A stretch of DNA of 64,000 nt, from NCBI GenBank assembly GCA_947589685.1, contig CANQCN010000001.1:364-64363 (forward strand), read 5' to 3'. The position numbers and the translations under genes are program-made. The notes beneath the pieces were generated by a model. That model did not search any database, was not told the DNA's origin, and worked only from the letters and a program-made list of their open reading frames with translations. Below, piece after piece: positions 1 through 9,556 of the stretch. Numbering within the stretch: position 1 is the first letter of the stretch; each line of letters opens with the position of its first letter. The stretch is from an uncultured Clostridia bacterium. GTDB lineage: Bacteria > Bacillota > Clostridia > Christensenellales > CAG-314.

Positions 1-357
1 ATCGTCACACTCGTCGTCGTATTCTTCGACAAGCTGAGCAAGCTTTTTGTCGAGAATATCATAAAGTTCATCGCTGACAGGCAGCAGATTGTAGTAGAAA
101 TCTCCGTCCTCCTCAACCTCTTCCAACTCGAAGTACTCTATTTGCGGCTCTTCCGCGTCCTCGTCGGCTTCTTGCAGACAAGCGTATTCCTTTCCTTCGT
201 GTTCGAGAGTCGCCACGTGATAATACGGATATTCGTTTCCTTCTTCGTCTTCGAGCATGATGACGTCTTCGTCCATGTCTTCGCAGCCGCAGTCGCAAGG
301 TTCGTCGTGTTCGTGACCGCAATCGCAATTTTGTTGTTTCTTTTCCTTTTCGTCCAT
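1..357 (-). CDS. DUF1292-family acidic protein; 3' end runs off the left window edge
   Basis: Own translation from the ATG at 357. There is no stop before position 1, so it is absent from the ORF track. It reads MDEKEKKQQNCDCGHEHDEPCDCGCEDMDEDVIMLEDEEGNEYPYYHVATLEHEGKEYACLQ..., a D/E-rich DUF1292-like core. It lies about 20 nt downstream of ruvX, as in other Firmicutes. Confidence 0.7.
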   Translation of the reverse strand, partial: MDEKEKKQQNCDCGHEHDEPCDCGCEDMDEDVIMLEDEEGNEYPYYHVATLEHEGKEYACLQEADEDAEEPQIEYFELEEVEEDGDFYYNLLPVSDELYDILDKKLAQLVEEYDDECDD

Positions 358-376
358 TATATGACCTCCGTTTTTT

Positions 377-793
377 TTATCTTTTTCTGTCCAGATAGTT
401 TTGCAAAATGATGGTAGCGGCAACCTTGTCGATAACTTTTTTGCGATCCTCACGCCGCACATTGCCCTCTATCAACACACGTTCGGCGGACAAGGTAGTA
501 AAGCGCTCGTCAAGATATTCAACGGGAATTTCGCATGCGGCTTCGAGCGCGTCGATAAACTCTCTCGTTTTTTCCGCTTGTTCTCTTTCTCTGCCTTTAA
601 GATCCAACGGCAATCCCGAAATTATCAATGTTACTTCTCGGCTTTTCGCAAGGGAAACGATGTATCCGACGTCCTTTTCGATGTCGCCCTTACGAGTGTA
701 AGTTTCAAGAGGATTGGCTATTATACCCATCAGGTCGGAAAGGGCAATGCCTATGCGGACGTTTCCCACGTCGAGCGCCATTATTCTACCCAT
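377..793 (-). CDS. ruvX: Holliday-junction resolvase-like nuclease RuvX (YqgF)
   Basis: 138 aa. The N-terminus MGRIMALDVGNVRIGIALSD is the YqgF/RuvX signature. ATG start. Confidence 0.9.
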   Translation of the reverse strand: MGRIMALDVGNVRIGIALSDLMGIIANPLETYTRKGDIEKDVGYIVSLAKSREVTLIISGLPLDLKGREREQAEKTREFIDALEAACEIPVEYLDERFTTLSAERVLIEGNVRREDRKKVIDKVAATIILQNYLDRKR

Positions 794-867
794 AGTGTTT
801 GTATTTTATCACAAAACATTGCATTCTGACAAGGTTATTTGCCAAGTTTTCTCAAACAAAATATACA

Positions 868-892
868 AACAAAAAGACCGCGCTTGCGGTCT
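868..892 (-). terminator. rho-independent terminator candidate
   Basis: Stem AGACCGC (875-881) pairs with GCGGTCT (886-892). A T-run follows on the minus strand (A-run 870-874 on plus). It sits downstream of the small ORF ending at 929. Confidence 0.55.
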
Positions 893-928
893 TGATGTAA
901 AGCTGTTTAACAGCCTTGAAGTAAAACG

Positions 929-1051
929 TTACTTCGTCATTTCTTTCACTTTCTTTTTGCCTTTGTTGAGCAGCTTTTGCACTTGCGGGATCTCGCCCGC
1001 TATCATGCCCGCTGCCGCTCCCAAAGCCAAACCTATCAAAAGCTTTTTCAT
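929..1051 (-). CDS. small membrane-anchored hypothetical protein (about 40 aa)
   Basis: Internal ATG preceded by GGAGGA. Translation is MKKLLIGLALGAAAGMIAGEIPQVQKLLNKGKKKVKEMTK, one hydrophobic helix plus a basic tail. A terminator follows. No family recognised. Confidence 0.35.
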   Translation of the reverse strand: MKKLLIGLALGAAAGMIAGEIPQVQKLLNKGKKKVKEMTK

Positions 1052-1767
1052 AAATTCCTCCATAAACGTTTCTGTCTTTATTGTGTACCCGCCTATGCAA
1101 AATATGTAAAAATAGCCCAAATTACTATACTATGCCTGTAATAGTATTTCATAAAACACGAAAAGTAGTTATAATTTAATTGCGAAATCAAAGAATTAAC
1201 AGAGAATATCCTCCACTTCCGACATTTATTTATGAAGATAAATCTGTTAAAAAGACCGCTTTGCAACTTCCACACATAAAACTATTAAATGATTTGAATT
1301 TATCTCATTTGTTTTTAACAAAACTAATTAACACTACCACCGCCAATACAAAAGAGATAATGCTAATCCCGCAACAGCAAATTGAATCAAAGCCTGCTCA
1401 GACGATTACAAACAATATTACCGAAACAAAACCCGACAATGCCAAACGCAAACAACGAGATTACATAAAACTATGTGCTGTTAATTTAAAGTGAGTATCG
1501 ACGCATTGATACAATTGTCGCTATAAAAATAAAGTTGTATATTATACGACTTATTATTGATTTTTGTATACGCTCCGCTCCGCTATTTACGACAACTGCG
1601 ATTTTTTTAAAATTAAAAAGGAAGCACGACAATGTGCTGTCTATGTTGCTTTTTACTCCAAAACCTTTTGCGTGAATCCTTTATCATGGGACAGTCAACA
1701 ATCGAGTGCTTTGACACAAAAATGCGCCCGCGTACAAATGTACTCGGACGCAAGGTTCAGATATAGG

Positions 1768-2175
1768 TTAAAAGCCTATGCCGCCTATAATGATACACAC
1801 GGTCAGAAACAGAAAGAACAATGTCACTCCCGCAAGTACGATCGCTATAATCGTCAAAATGCGACTATGCGACTCTGTTTCGCGTGTAAGCGCTGTAATC
1901 CCAAGGCAAATTGTTGTTAAAGCGGGCAGAATAGAAGTTGCACCTATGATATAAAAAAGTAATGAGGCGGCAGTATAGACATAGAAAAAAGCGCCGAATA
2001 TAATGCCTGTCACAAAGGAAAAGCAGCCAAGAAAGAGCGCAATGAAACTAAGCGGTATTTGCGTGACACCTTGTGCTGATTTACGCATATTGGACTTATG
2101 TCCCGTCGGAGTTCCGCAATCGGGACACATGATGGCTTCTTCCGATAATTCTTTTCCACAATTCTTACAGTACAT
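1768..2175 (-). CDS. zinc-ribbon domain membrane protein
   Basis: 135 aa. The N-terminus MYCKNCGKELSEEAIMCPDCG carries a CxxC...CxxC zinc ribbon, followed by about 4 hydrophobic helices. Function unknown. Confidence 0.6.
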   Translation of the reverse strand: MYCKNCGKELSEEAIMCPDCGTPTGHKSNMRKSAQGVTQIPLSFIALFLGCFSFVTGIIFGAFFYVYTAASLLFYIIGATSILPALTTICLGITALTRETESHSRILTIIAIVLAGVTLFFLFLTVCIIIGGIGF

Positions 2176-2279
2176 ATTTTTTCTCCTTGTGTTTATTTAC
2201 TTTATCACAAGTTATATTGTATCCTACAAAACATAGGAAGTCAAATGTTTTCCTACATTTTGTTGTAAAATAATAAATT

Positions 2280-2488
2280 GTGAAAGATAATGTTTTCGAC
2301 AAAAATTTAAAAGAACTTCGGTTGGAAAATCGTATGTCTCAAAAACAGCTCGGAGACATCCTACATGTGTTTGCAATCAAACAGTAAGTTTTTGGGAAAC
2401 CGGAGCAAGAGAGCCCGATTTGAATAACTTGCTGTCCATAGCCGATTATTTTGATGTTACGGTCGATTATTTATTAAAAGATAATTGA
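2280..2488 (+). pseudogene. XRE-family HTH regulator, frameshifted
   Basis: Frame 1 from GTG 2280 reads VKDNVFDKNLKELRLENRMSQKQLGDILHV... and stops at 2385-2387. The next frame continues ..CNQTVSFWETGAREPDLNNLLSIADYFDVTVDYLLKDN* to 2488. Together they form a typical HTH_3 protein, broken near 2366-2375. Confidence 0.6.
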
Positions 2489-2798
2489 TAATACGGGCGT
2501 TTAGCACATTTTTTAATAGACGGGATCGTTACAATTTTCTTATTCTTAACCATTGCTCTTATTATACATCCACTCGCTGTAAGGCAAATGGGCGGAGGAA
2601 TGCAGTCAGCAATTAGCTCCGAAATGGACTTTTAGACAAATAATTGCACGACCAAGTTTTGGAACCATTAATTTAATGGAATATTTTATCAATTAAAATT
2701 CGGATTTCTGTTGGTATGACACCTCTTTCGACAATTTAATCACAAGGAAATTATAGCTTAATTCCGAAAAAAATTCCGCGTCAAATCTATTAAACTTA

Positions 2799-2832
2799 TG
2801 AAAAAACGAACCGAATTCTATTCGATCCGTTT
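2799..2832 (-). terminator. rho-independent terminator after nifU
   Basis: On the minus strand, AACGGATCGAAT-AGA-ATTCGGTTCGTT forms a stem with two G-U pairs and is followed by TTTTTT. Confidence 0.55.
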
Positions 2833-2864
2833 GTTTGCTACAATATGCAGTTTACTCTGCGCGA

Positions 2865-3269
2865 TCACACATAGTCAACTTTGGTCTTATCCGTTGTTTT
2901 GCCTTCTTTCTTGGCGCGATAGTCCTCTATCGCTTTTTTTATCGCTTCCTCGGCAAGTACCGAACAATGTATTTTTTGCGGAGGAAGCCCTTCCAATTCC
3001 TCTACCACTCTCGCGTTGGTCAGCTTCAACGCTTCATCGACGGTCATACCGATAACCATTTGCGTTGCGGTCGAACTTGTCGCTATCGCGGCGGCGCAAC
3101 CGAAGGTCTGAAATTTAGCGTCGGTAATTACATCGTTTTCTATTCGCAGCGTAATGCGCATTATATCGCCGCACGTGGCGTTTCCTACCGTGCCGTCTCC
3201 GTCGGGATTTTCAATTTCTCCCACATTTTGCGGATGAGCAAAGGCTTCCAAAACTTTTTGATTATACAT
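2865..3269 (-). CDS. nifU: Fe-S cluster scaffold protein NifU/IscU
   Basis: 134 aa with the three scaffold cysteines (GNATCGD, FGCAAAIATSS, KIHCS). Confidence 0.92.
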   Translation of the reverse strand: MYNQKVLEAFAHPQNVGEIENPDGDGTVGNATCGDIMRITLRIENDVITDAKFQTFGCAAAIATSSTATQMVIGMTVDEALKLTNARVVEELEGLPPQKIHCSVLAEEAIKKAIEDYRAKKEGKTTDKTKVDYV

Positions 3270-4443
3270 TGTACGTTCCTCCTTTTTTCAAATCGAATAA
3301 CGGCGACATTTCACGAAGCTTGGAAATTGTTTCCTTCAACTTGTCTACCAGGTAATCAACTTCTTCCGTCGTGTTGTCTTTGCCGAAGCTGAATCGTATC
3401 GAACCGTGCGACACCTCTACGGGCACGCCCATTGCAAGCAACACATGCGACGGATCGAGACTGCCGCTGCTGCAAGCCGAACCGCTGGAAACGGCGATCC
3501 CGTTGAAATCCAACAGCATTAGTATTCCCTCGCCCTCAACATACTCAAAGCTATAATTCGCCACGCTTGGCACGCGGTGTTGCTTGTTGCCGTTTTGACG
3601 AATAAAAGGTATCTCTTTTTCCACTCGTTGTTCAAAGTGATCACGCAAAGCGGCGATATGTGCATTATTTACGGTCATCTCCTGTCTGCCAAGCTGCAAA
3701 GCACGCGCCATACCCACTACTGCGGGAGTGTTTGTGGTGCCGCCTCGTTGCGAGCGTTCTTGCCCGCCTCCGCAGATAAGTTTGTCCAACTTTACGCCGT
3801 TGCGAATGTACAACGCGCCGACGCCTTTCGGTCCGTAAAACTTGTGAGCGGACATACTCATCAGATCCACGCCGAGATCCCTGACATCAACGTCAATATA
3901 AGGCATAGCCTGTACGCAGTCGCTATGGAACAAAGCGCCGTGTCTGTGAGCGACTTCGGCAAGCTCCTTTATCGGTTGTATCGTGCCCACCTCGTTGTTG
4001 ACGTACATAACAGACACTATGGTCGTTTCGTCGTCAATGGCTTTTTCCAGATCCTCGACGTGTACCATTCCCGTGCCGTCAACGGGCAGCCGTGTTACGC
4101 GAAAACCGTTTTTTTCCAACCATTCGGCGGCGACGAGTATTGCGTGATGCTCTATTGACGAAATAATAACGTGATTTCCTCTGTCCTTTTTGTGCAATGC
4201 GACGCCTTTCAACGCCCAATTGTCGGCTTCGGTGCCGCTGCCCGTAAAATACAGCTCGTTCGGATTGCATCCGATAAGCTCGGCTATCGTCGCGCGCGCG
4301 TCGGCGACGGCTTTCGCCGTATCCCTGCCGAAATAGTGCTGACTGTCCGCATTGCCGAATTCCGCGGTAAAATACGGCAGCATTGCCTCTACCACGCGGC
4401 TGTCGCAAGGAGTGGTCGCCGCATGGTCCGCATAAACTTTCAT
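3262..4443 (-). CDS. nifS: cysteine desulfurase NifS
   Basis: Start trimmed to MKVYADHAATTP (ATG 4443, GGAGGA upstream, ATGA overlap with the Rrf2 stop). PLP-lysine motif SAHKFYGPKG and active-site loop SSGSACSS are present. Confidence 0.93.
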   Translation of the reverse strand: MKVYADHAATTPCDSRVVEAMLPYFTAEFGNADSQHYFGRDTAKAVADARATIAELIGCNPNELYFTGSGTEADNWALKGVALHKKDRGNHVIISSIEHHAILVAAEWLEKNGFRVTRLPVDGTGMVHVEDLEKAIDDETTIVSVMYVNNEVGTIQPIKELAEVAHRHGALFHSDCVQAMPYIDVDVRDLGVDLMSMSAHKFYGPKGVGALYIRNGVKLDKLICGGGQERSQRGGTTNTPAVVGMARALQLGRQEMTVNNAHIAALRDHFEQRVEKEIPFIRQNGNKQHRVPSVANYSFEYVEGEGILMLLDFNGIAVSSGSACSSGSLDPSHVLLAMGVPVEVSHGSIRFSFGKDNTTEEVDYLVDKLKETISKLREMSPLFDLKKGGTYNV

Positions 4444-4844
4444 ATATTGTCCTCCGCAAGTTGGGTAAGAGAGATCGTATCCAGATAGGAATTGATGTTG
4501 TGATAAAGCTTTTCCCAAAGATTTCGGGCTACGCATTTGCCCCGTTGGGAACATTCGACATGCAGACAATCTACAATTTCGAGATTATCCTCAACGGCGC
4601 GCAACACCTGTCCGACGGTGATCGCGTCGGGTCCGGCGGTCAGCTTGTAACCGCCCGAAGCGCCGCGCGTAGCCGAAACAATGCCGGCTTTTTTCATCAA
4701 AGCGATTATTTGTTCGAGATATTTTTCCGTGACTCCCGTAGCCTGCGACAATGTTGACACATTGAGATACTCATCGCTATTGTAATTTTTAGCAAGCTCC
4801 ACTGCCGCATATAAGCCGTATCTTGCTTTCGATGACATTTTCAT
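4440..4844 (-). CDS. Rrf2-family transcriptional regulator (IscR/CymR-like)
   Basis: 134 aa. N-terminal winged HTH SKARYGLYAAVELA...LSQATGVTEKYLEQII. It is the first gene of the nifS-nifU operon. Confidence 0.9.
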   Translation of the reverse strand: MKMSSKARYGLYAAVELAKNYNSDEYLNVSTLSQATGVTEKYLEQIIALMKKAGIVSATRGASGGYKLTAGPDAITVGQVLRAVEDNLEIVDCLHVECSQRGKCVARNLWEKLYHNINSYLDTISLTQLAEDNI

Positions 4845-5054
4845 AAGTCAATTCCTACTAAATTACTATGAATAGTTTACTACTATTGTAGTCACAAGTC
4901 AAATGTTTTAGACTAATAAATAAAATAATATCAATTGTTCTCACTTATATAAATCAAAACTGCTTACATATTCCTAAGTTAGTGCAAGCGCTATGACACT
5001 GAGAAAATTTGTATTTTTAGGGTGTTGCGCTTGAAAGTATAATTCACTTTCTTA

Positions 5055-5086
5055 CATAAAAAGCGACGGACATAACCGTCGCTTTT
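5055..5086 (-). terminator. rho-independent terminator after trxA
   Basis: Perfect stem AAGCGACGG (5061-5069) / CCGTCGCTT (5076-5084), flanked by A/T runs on both sides. Confidence 0.65.
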
Positions 5087-5096
5087 TGTTGCAAAA

Positions 5097-5408
5097 TCAA
5101 ATATGTTTGGAAATCGTTTCCGTCAGTTCATCCTCGTCGCATAGACCGATCATTCTGTCCACCAGCTCGCCGTCTTTGAAGATACACACATTGGGAATAG
5201 AAACGATTTTGAAACGTTTCGCAAGCTCCATAGCGTTATCCACGTCGACCTTGCCGAATTTTACGCTTGTCAATTTTTCGGCGACTTCATCGAGTATGGG
5301 AGATAGCATCTTGCACGGACCGCACCACGTCGCCCAAAAATCCACCACTACGGTGCCTTTGCTTACAAATTCATCGAAATTTTCTGCAACATCGGGTAAT
5401 TTACTCAT
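5097..5408 (-). CDS. trxA: thioredoxin
   Basis: Start trimmed to MSKLPDVAENFDEF. WCGPC active site. 103 aa. Confidence 0.92.
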   Translation of the reverse strand: MSKLPDVAENFDEFVSKGTVVVDFWATWCGPCKMLSPILDEVAEKLTSVKFGKVDVDNAMELAKRFKIVSIPNVCIFKDGELVDRMIGLCDEDELTETISKHI

Positions 5409-5904
5409 CTTTATTGTCTCCTTGTTCAATTTTATTTTCGCTTTGATTTTCTTTTGCCGCGTCTTGGCGCGTCTGCGCGCCCGAAGCGACAGAATTTTGT
5501 TGGTGAACGACTTGCACGATCTGCGGCGTTTCCATCCATTTGTGCTTTCTGAATTTGTCAATGAGGGCGACAACGGCAAAGCCTATTGCCAATCCGCCCA
5601 TAAACAACAATGCGGCGATCCATTCTTCCCATTTGAGCCCGAGCGCCAAAAACAGCAAGCCCAACGCGGGCGCAAGCGGAACAAAGTAACCGACAAACGC
5701 AAACTTGGCGCTGTTGGTATCGGGAATATCCAGCACGACCGTTTCGCCCTCTTTTGCGCCGACGGCGTTGTCGGCATAAAAATCGACATATTTTTGCCGT
5801 TCCGTCATTCCGCACTTTCCGCAGGACGCGCAAGCGGAGTTGCGTCCCACTCGCACTTTGGCAAATTCGTTTTTGACGCTGAGAACCACTCCTTGTTCAG
5901 TCAT
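5401..5904 (-). CDS. RseC/MucC-family (SoxR-reducing system) membrane protein
   Basis: MTEQGVVLSVKNEFAKVRVGRNSACASCGKCG N-terminus followed by two TM helices. The ATG at 5904 is preferred over the GTG at 5916. Confidence 0.7.
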   Translation of the reverse strand: MTEQGVVLSVKNEFAKVRVGRNSACASCGKCGMTERQKYVDFYADNAVGAKEGETVVLDIPDTNSAKFAFVGYFVPLAPALGLLFLALGLKWEEWIAALLFMGGLAIGFAVVALIDKFRKHKWMETPQIVQVVHQQNSVASGAQTRQDAAKENQSENKIEQGDNKDE

Positions 5905-7693
5905 CGCATTCCTCACACGTTATTGCAAGCTCTTTAAGCTGTTTGTCGTCCACGCGAGACGGGGCGTCGCTCATCATATCGCTGGCGTTTTGCATTTTTG
6001 GGAAAGCGATCACGTCTTTGATATTGTTGGTATCGGTAAGAACCATTACCAGACGATCAAGTCCCAAAGCCAAACCTCCGTGCGGCGGAGTACCGTATTT
6101 GAAAGCGTCCACAAAGAAGCCGAAACGTTCCGCTATCTGTTCGTCGCTGAATCCCAACGTTTCGAACATCAACTTTTGCACGTCTCTGTTGTAGATACGC
6201 ATCGAGCCGCCGCCCATTTCGTCTCCGTTGATGACCACGTCGTAAGCCTTTGCGCGAACGCGGGCGGGATCGGTGCGCATATATTGCAGATCCTCGTTTT
6301 TGGGACTTGTAAACGGATGGTGCATGGCGACAAATCTACCTTCCTCTTCGGAATATTCGAACAACGGAAAGTCCACCACCCACAACGCGGCGAAATCACC
6401 CTTTTTGTACAGCTCGAATTTGGCGGCGAGATGACAACGCAAAGCTCCCAGCGAGACGACGGCGGTTTGCCAATCGCTATCGGCAACGATAAGCGCTATA
6501 TCCCCTTGTTCCATTTGCAAAGATTGAGCGATAGCGTGCAGTTCTTCTTCGGTAACGGCTTTGGAAAAACTGCATTTGACGCCGTCCTTGCCCAAGCCGT
6601 ACCAAGCAAGCCCCTTAGCCTTGTAGGTCCTGACGAGTTCCGTCAGCTTGTCGAGGTCCTTACGCGACAGCTTGTCCGCTCCCTGTTTCAAAACTATGGC
6701 GCGGACGGTGCCGCCTTCTTTAAGCGCGTTGGCAAACACGACAAAATTACTGCCGCCGACAGTATCGTCCAAATTTTGTATCTCCATACCGAAACGCAGA
6801 TCGGGTTTGTCGGATCCGAAACGGTTCATACATTCCGTCCATGGCAATCTCAAAAAATGTTCGGGCAGATCCACGCCGCGTATTTCCTTGAACATTTTTA
6901 CAAGCAGCCCCTCGGTAAGAGTCATTACCTCTTCTTCCTGATCGACAAAGCTCATTTCCAGGTCGATCTGCGTAAATTCCGGTTGACGGTTTGCGCGCAG
7001 ATCCTCGTCGCGAAAACACTTTGCGATCTGAAAATATCTGTCCATACCGCCGATCATAAGCAATTGTTTGTACAGCTGCGGAGATTGGGGCAAGGCGTAA
7101 AAGCAGCCGGGATGAATACGACTCGGCACAAGGTAGTCGCGCGCTCCTTCGGGCGTGGACTTGCCCAGCATAGGCGTTTCCACTTCGATAAAACCGTTTT
7201 CCGTAAGATAATTGCGCGTCAATTGATAAATTTTACTGCGGATAACAAGATTTTGCTGCAACTCCTCGCGACGCAGATCCAAATACCTGTATTTTAAGCG
7301 CAACGCCTCGTTTGCACCGTCGTCGCCGATGGAAAATGGCGGAGTATCGGCTTCGGAAAGGATTTTAAGCTCTTCGGCGACAAGCTCCACTTCTCCCGTT
7401 TTCATATTGGGATTGACATTGTTGCCCACACGACGGCGAACTTTGCCCGTTACGCCGACAACATATTCGAGCTTGATAGAAGAAGCTTTGTCAAGCAACG
7501 CGTCGGTACAAACATCCGTATCGAAAACGACTTGCATAATTCCGCTTCTGTCGCGCAGTTGCAAAAATATAAGTCCGCCGAGATCGCGCCGTCTGTGTAC
7601 CCAACCCATCAGCGTGATTTTTTTGCCTATGTGTTCCGTCGTAACGTCGCCGCACATAAGGCTGCGACGTTGACCGTTCAATAATTCTGCCAT
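5897..7693 (-). CDS. aspS: aspartate--tRNA ligase
   Basis: 598 aa. Class II motifs FRDEDLRANRQPEFTQIDLEMSF and GGGSMRIY. The OB-fold N-terminus is present. Confidence 0.97.
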   Translation of the reverse strand: MAELLNGQRRSLMCGDVTTEHIGKKITLMGWVHRRRDLGGLIFLQLRDRSGIMQVVFDTDVCTDALLDKASSIKLEYVVGVTGKVRRRVGNNVNPNMKTGEVELVAEELKILSEADTPPFSIGDDGANEALRLKYRYLDLRREELQQNLVIRSKIYQLTRNYLTENGFIEVETPMLGKSTPEGARDYLVPSRIHPGCFYALPQSPQLYKQLLMIGGMDRYFQIAKCFRDEDLRANRQPEFTQIDLEMSFVDQEEEVMTLTEGLLVKMFKEIRGVDLPEHFLRLPWTECMNRFGSDKPDLRFGMEIQNLDDTVGGSNFVVFANALKEGGTVRAIVLKQGADKLSRKDLDKLTELVRTYKAKGLAWYGLGKDGVKCSFSKAVTEEELHAIAQSLQMEQGDIALIVADSDWQTAVVSLGALRCHLAAKFELYKKGDFAALWVVDFPLFEYSEEEGRFVAMHHPFTSPKNEDLQYMRTDPARVRAKAYDVVINGDEMGGGSMRIYNRDVQKLMFETLGFSDEQIAERFGFFVDAFKYGTPPHGGLALGLDRLVMVLTDTNNIKDVIAFPKMQNASDMMSDAPSRVDDKQLKELAITCEECDD

Positions 7694-7707
7694 TATTTTC
7701 TCCTAAG

Positions 7708-8991
7708 TTACAAAACGTATTTTTTGAGGTTGCGGGATTCCGTTTTGAAATTGTTCAAAACGTATTCCTTGTCTATAACAACCTTTTTGGGCGCTCCTTC
7801 TTCGTCTATATCGTAGGATATGTCCTCTACAATATGCTCCATTATGCTTTGAAGTCGGCGCGCGCCTATATCCTCCAAGGTGTTGTTTTGATCGAACGCC
7901 ACGTTGGCAATTTCCGCGATGCCGTCATCCGTAAAATCGAGATCGATGTTGTCCACCGCAAGCAGTTTTTTGTATTGCTGCGTAATGGCGTTTTCCGGCA
8001 CGGTAAGTATCTTGATAAAATCATCAACGCCCAAGCTGTCCAACTCCACCAACACGGGAAAACGACCTTGCAATTCCGGAATGAGATCGGAAACCTTGCT
8101 TACGTGGAATGCGCCGCTTGCAATAAACAAAATATAATCCGTCTTGATATTGCCGTATTTGGTGGATACCGTACATCCTTCCACGATAGGCAAAATGTCG
8201 CGTTGCACGCCCTCGCGGGAAACATCCGGTCCGTTTTGCGAGGCTTTTCCCGCGATCTTGTCCATTTCGTCGATAAAGATCACGCCGTCGTTTTCCGCGC
8301 GTTTCAGCGCTTCGCTTTCCACGCTGTCAAGGTCGATAAGCTTTTCGCTTTCCTCCGCGGAAAAAATACGCAACGCCTCTTCCACCGTCACGGTGCGTTT
8401 TTTCGTCTTTTTGGGAAGTATATCCCCGAAAATGCTGCCGATGTTGATCTCTCCGCCGCCCGCTTGCAATTCGACGGGCTTGGGTATATCCGCGACGTCG
8501 ATCTCCACTTGCATCTGGTCGAGATTATGTTTGGAAACCTCGTCTATCACCGCGACCTTGGTGATACCCTCAGGCAACTCTTTGGATTGCTTCAACAACA
8601 GCTCGGCAACTCTGTCCACGGCGCGTTCGAATGCGCGCGACTCCACCTCTTTGTAACGTTCGTCCTTTACAAGACGAATGGCGACCTCGACAAGGTCTCT
8701 TATCATACTTTCCACGTCTCTGCCGACGTAGCCCACTTCGGTGTATTTGGTAGCCTCCACTTTCAAAAACGGCGCCTTGACAAGTTTGGCAAGTCTGCGG
8801 GCGATCTCGGTTTTACCTACGCCCGTAGGACCTTTCATAATGATATTTTTGGGCGTGATCTCCTCACGGTCTGCCAATGGAAGCCGACTGCGGCGGTATC
8901 TGTTGCGCAGCGCGATCGCAACGGCTTTTTTGGCGTTGAATTGACCCACGATATAACGGTCAAGCTCATTTACAATTTGTTTAGGCGTCAT
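7708..8991 (-). CDS. hslU: ATP-dependent protease ATPase subunit HslU
   Basis: 427 aa. N-terminus MTPKQIVNELDRYIVGQ and Walker A GPTGVGKTEIARRLA. Confidence 0.96.
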   Translation of the reverse strand: MTPKQIVNELDRYIVGQFNAKKAVAIALRNRYRRSRLPLADREEITPKNIIMKGPTGVGKTEIARRLAKLVKAPFLKVEATKYTEVGYVGRDVESMIRDLVEVAIRLVKDERYKEVESRAFERAVDRVAELLLKQSKELPEGITKVAVIDEVSKHNLDQMQVEIDVADIPKPVELQAGGGEINIGSIFGDILPKKTKKRTVTVEEALRIFSAEESEKLIDLDSVESEALKRAENDGVIFIDEMDKIAGKASQNGPDVSREGVQRDILPIVEGCTVSTKYGNIKTDYILFIASGAFHVSKVSDLIPELQGRFPVLVELDSLGVDDFIKILTVPENAITQQYKKLLAVDNIDLDFTDDGIAEIANVAFDQNNTLEDIGARRLQSIMEHIVEDISYDIDEEGAPKKVVIDKEYVLNNFKTESRNLKKYVL

Positions 8992-8992
8992 G

Positions 8993-9544
8993 CTAAGCCT
9001 CCTCTACGGTTATGTGACCGTTGGTAAATACGCATATCTCGCTGGCTATTTCCAACGCTTTCGTTGCGATTTCTTTCGCGGACAGATCGGTATTGCGCAT
9101 AAGCGCCTTTGCCGCGGCAAGAGCATAGTTTCCTCCGCTGCCTATCGCGCATACGCCGTCGTCCGGCTCTATAACGTCGCCCGTTCCGGATAATAAAAAT
9201 ATATTTTCCTTGTCGGCGACTATCATCATAGCTTCCAGCTTGCGCATAACGTTGTCGCGACGCCAAAGTTGCGCCACCTCGACTGCCGAACGCAAAAGGT
9301 TGCCGCTGAATTTTTGCAACATTTCCTCGAACTTTTCCGAAAGGGTAAAAGCGTCGGCGACGGAGCCCGCAAAGCCCGTCACTATCTTGCCGTCATATAT
9401 GCGGCGAACCTTTACGGCGTTGCCCTTCATTATGACGTTTTGTCCTTGCGTAACCTGTCCGTCGCCCGCAACGGCGATTTGTCCGTCGCGTTTTACCGCG
9501 CATATAGTCGTACCCTTTATGGTATCGGCAAAAACCTCAGACAT
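8993..9544 (-). CDS. hslV: ATP-dependent protease subunit HslV
   Basis: 183 aa. [11 protein letters not shown] Thr-protease N-terminus. Sits directly upstream of hslU. Confidence 0.96.
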   Translation of the reverse strand: MSEVFADTIKGTTICAVKRDGQIAVAGDGQVTQGQNVIMKGNAVKVRRIYDGKIVTGFAGSVADAFTLSEKFEEMLQKFSGNLLRSAVEVAQLWRRDNVMRKLEAMMIVADKENIFLLSGTGDVIEPDDGVCAIGSGGNYALAAAKALMRNTDLSAKEIATKALEIASEICVFTNGHITVEEA

Positions 9545-9556
9545 TTTTGTATCTCC

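Noticed and set aside
113-328. An arginine-rich 71-aa minus-strand ORF listed in the track at the left edge.
   Set aside because: It is an off-frame reading of the GA/GC-rich DUF1292 gene. The frame starting at ATG 357 gives a coherent DUF1292-like protein.
1180-1494. A 104-aa plus-strand ORF in the AT-rich gap (TTG start).
   Set aside because: The composition is asparagine/threonine/lysine-rich and low in complexity, as expected from AT-rich non-coding DNA. It has no SD and no recognisable motif.
4845-4990. TACTA-rich imperfect repeats upstream of the Rrf2 gene as an IscR/CymR operator.
   Set aside because: I could only define a 5+5 bp core palindrome (ACTAT-TC-ATAGT). The longer arms do not match, which is too weak to annotate without a known motif model.
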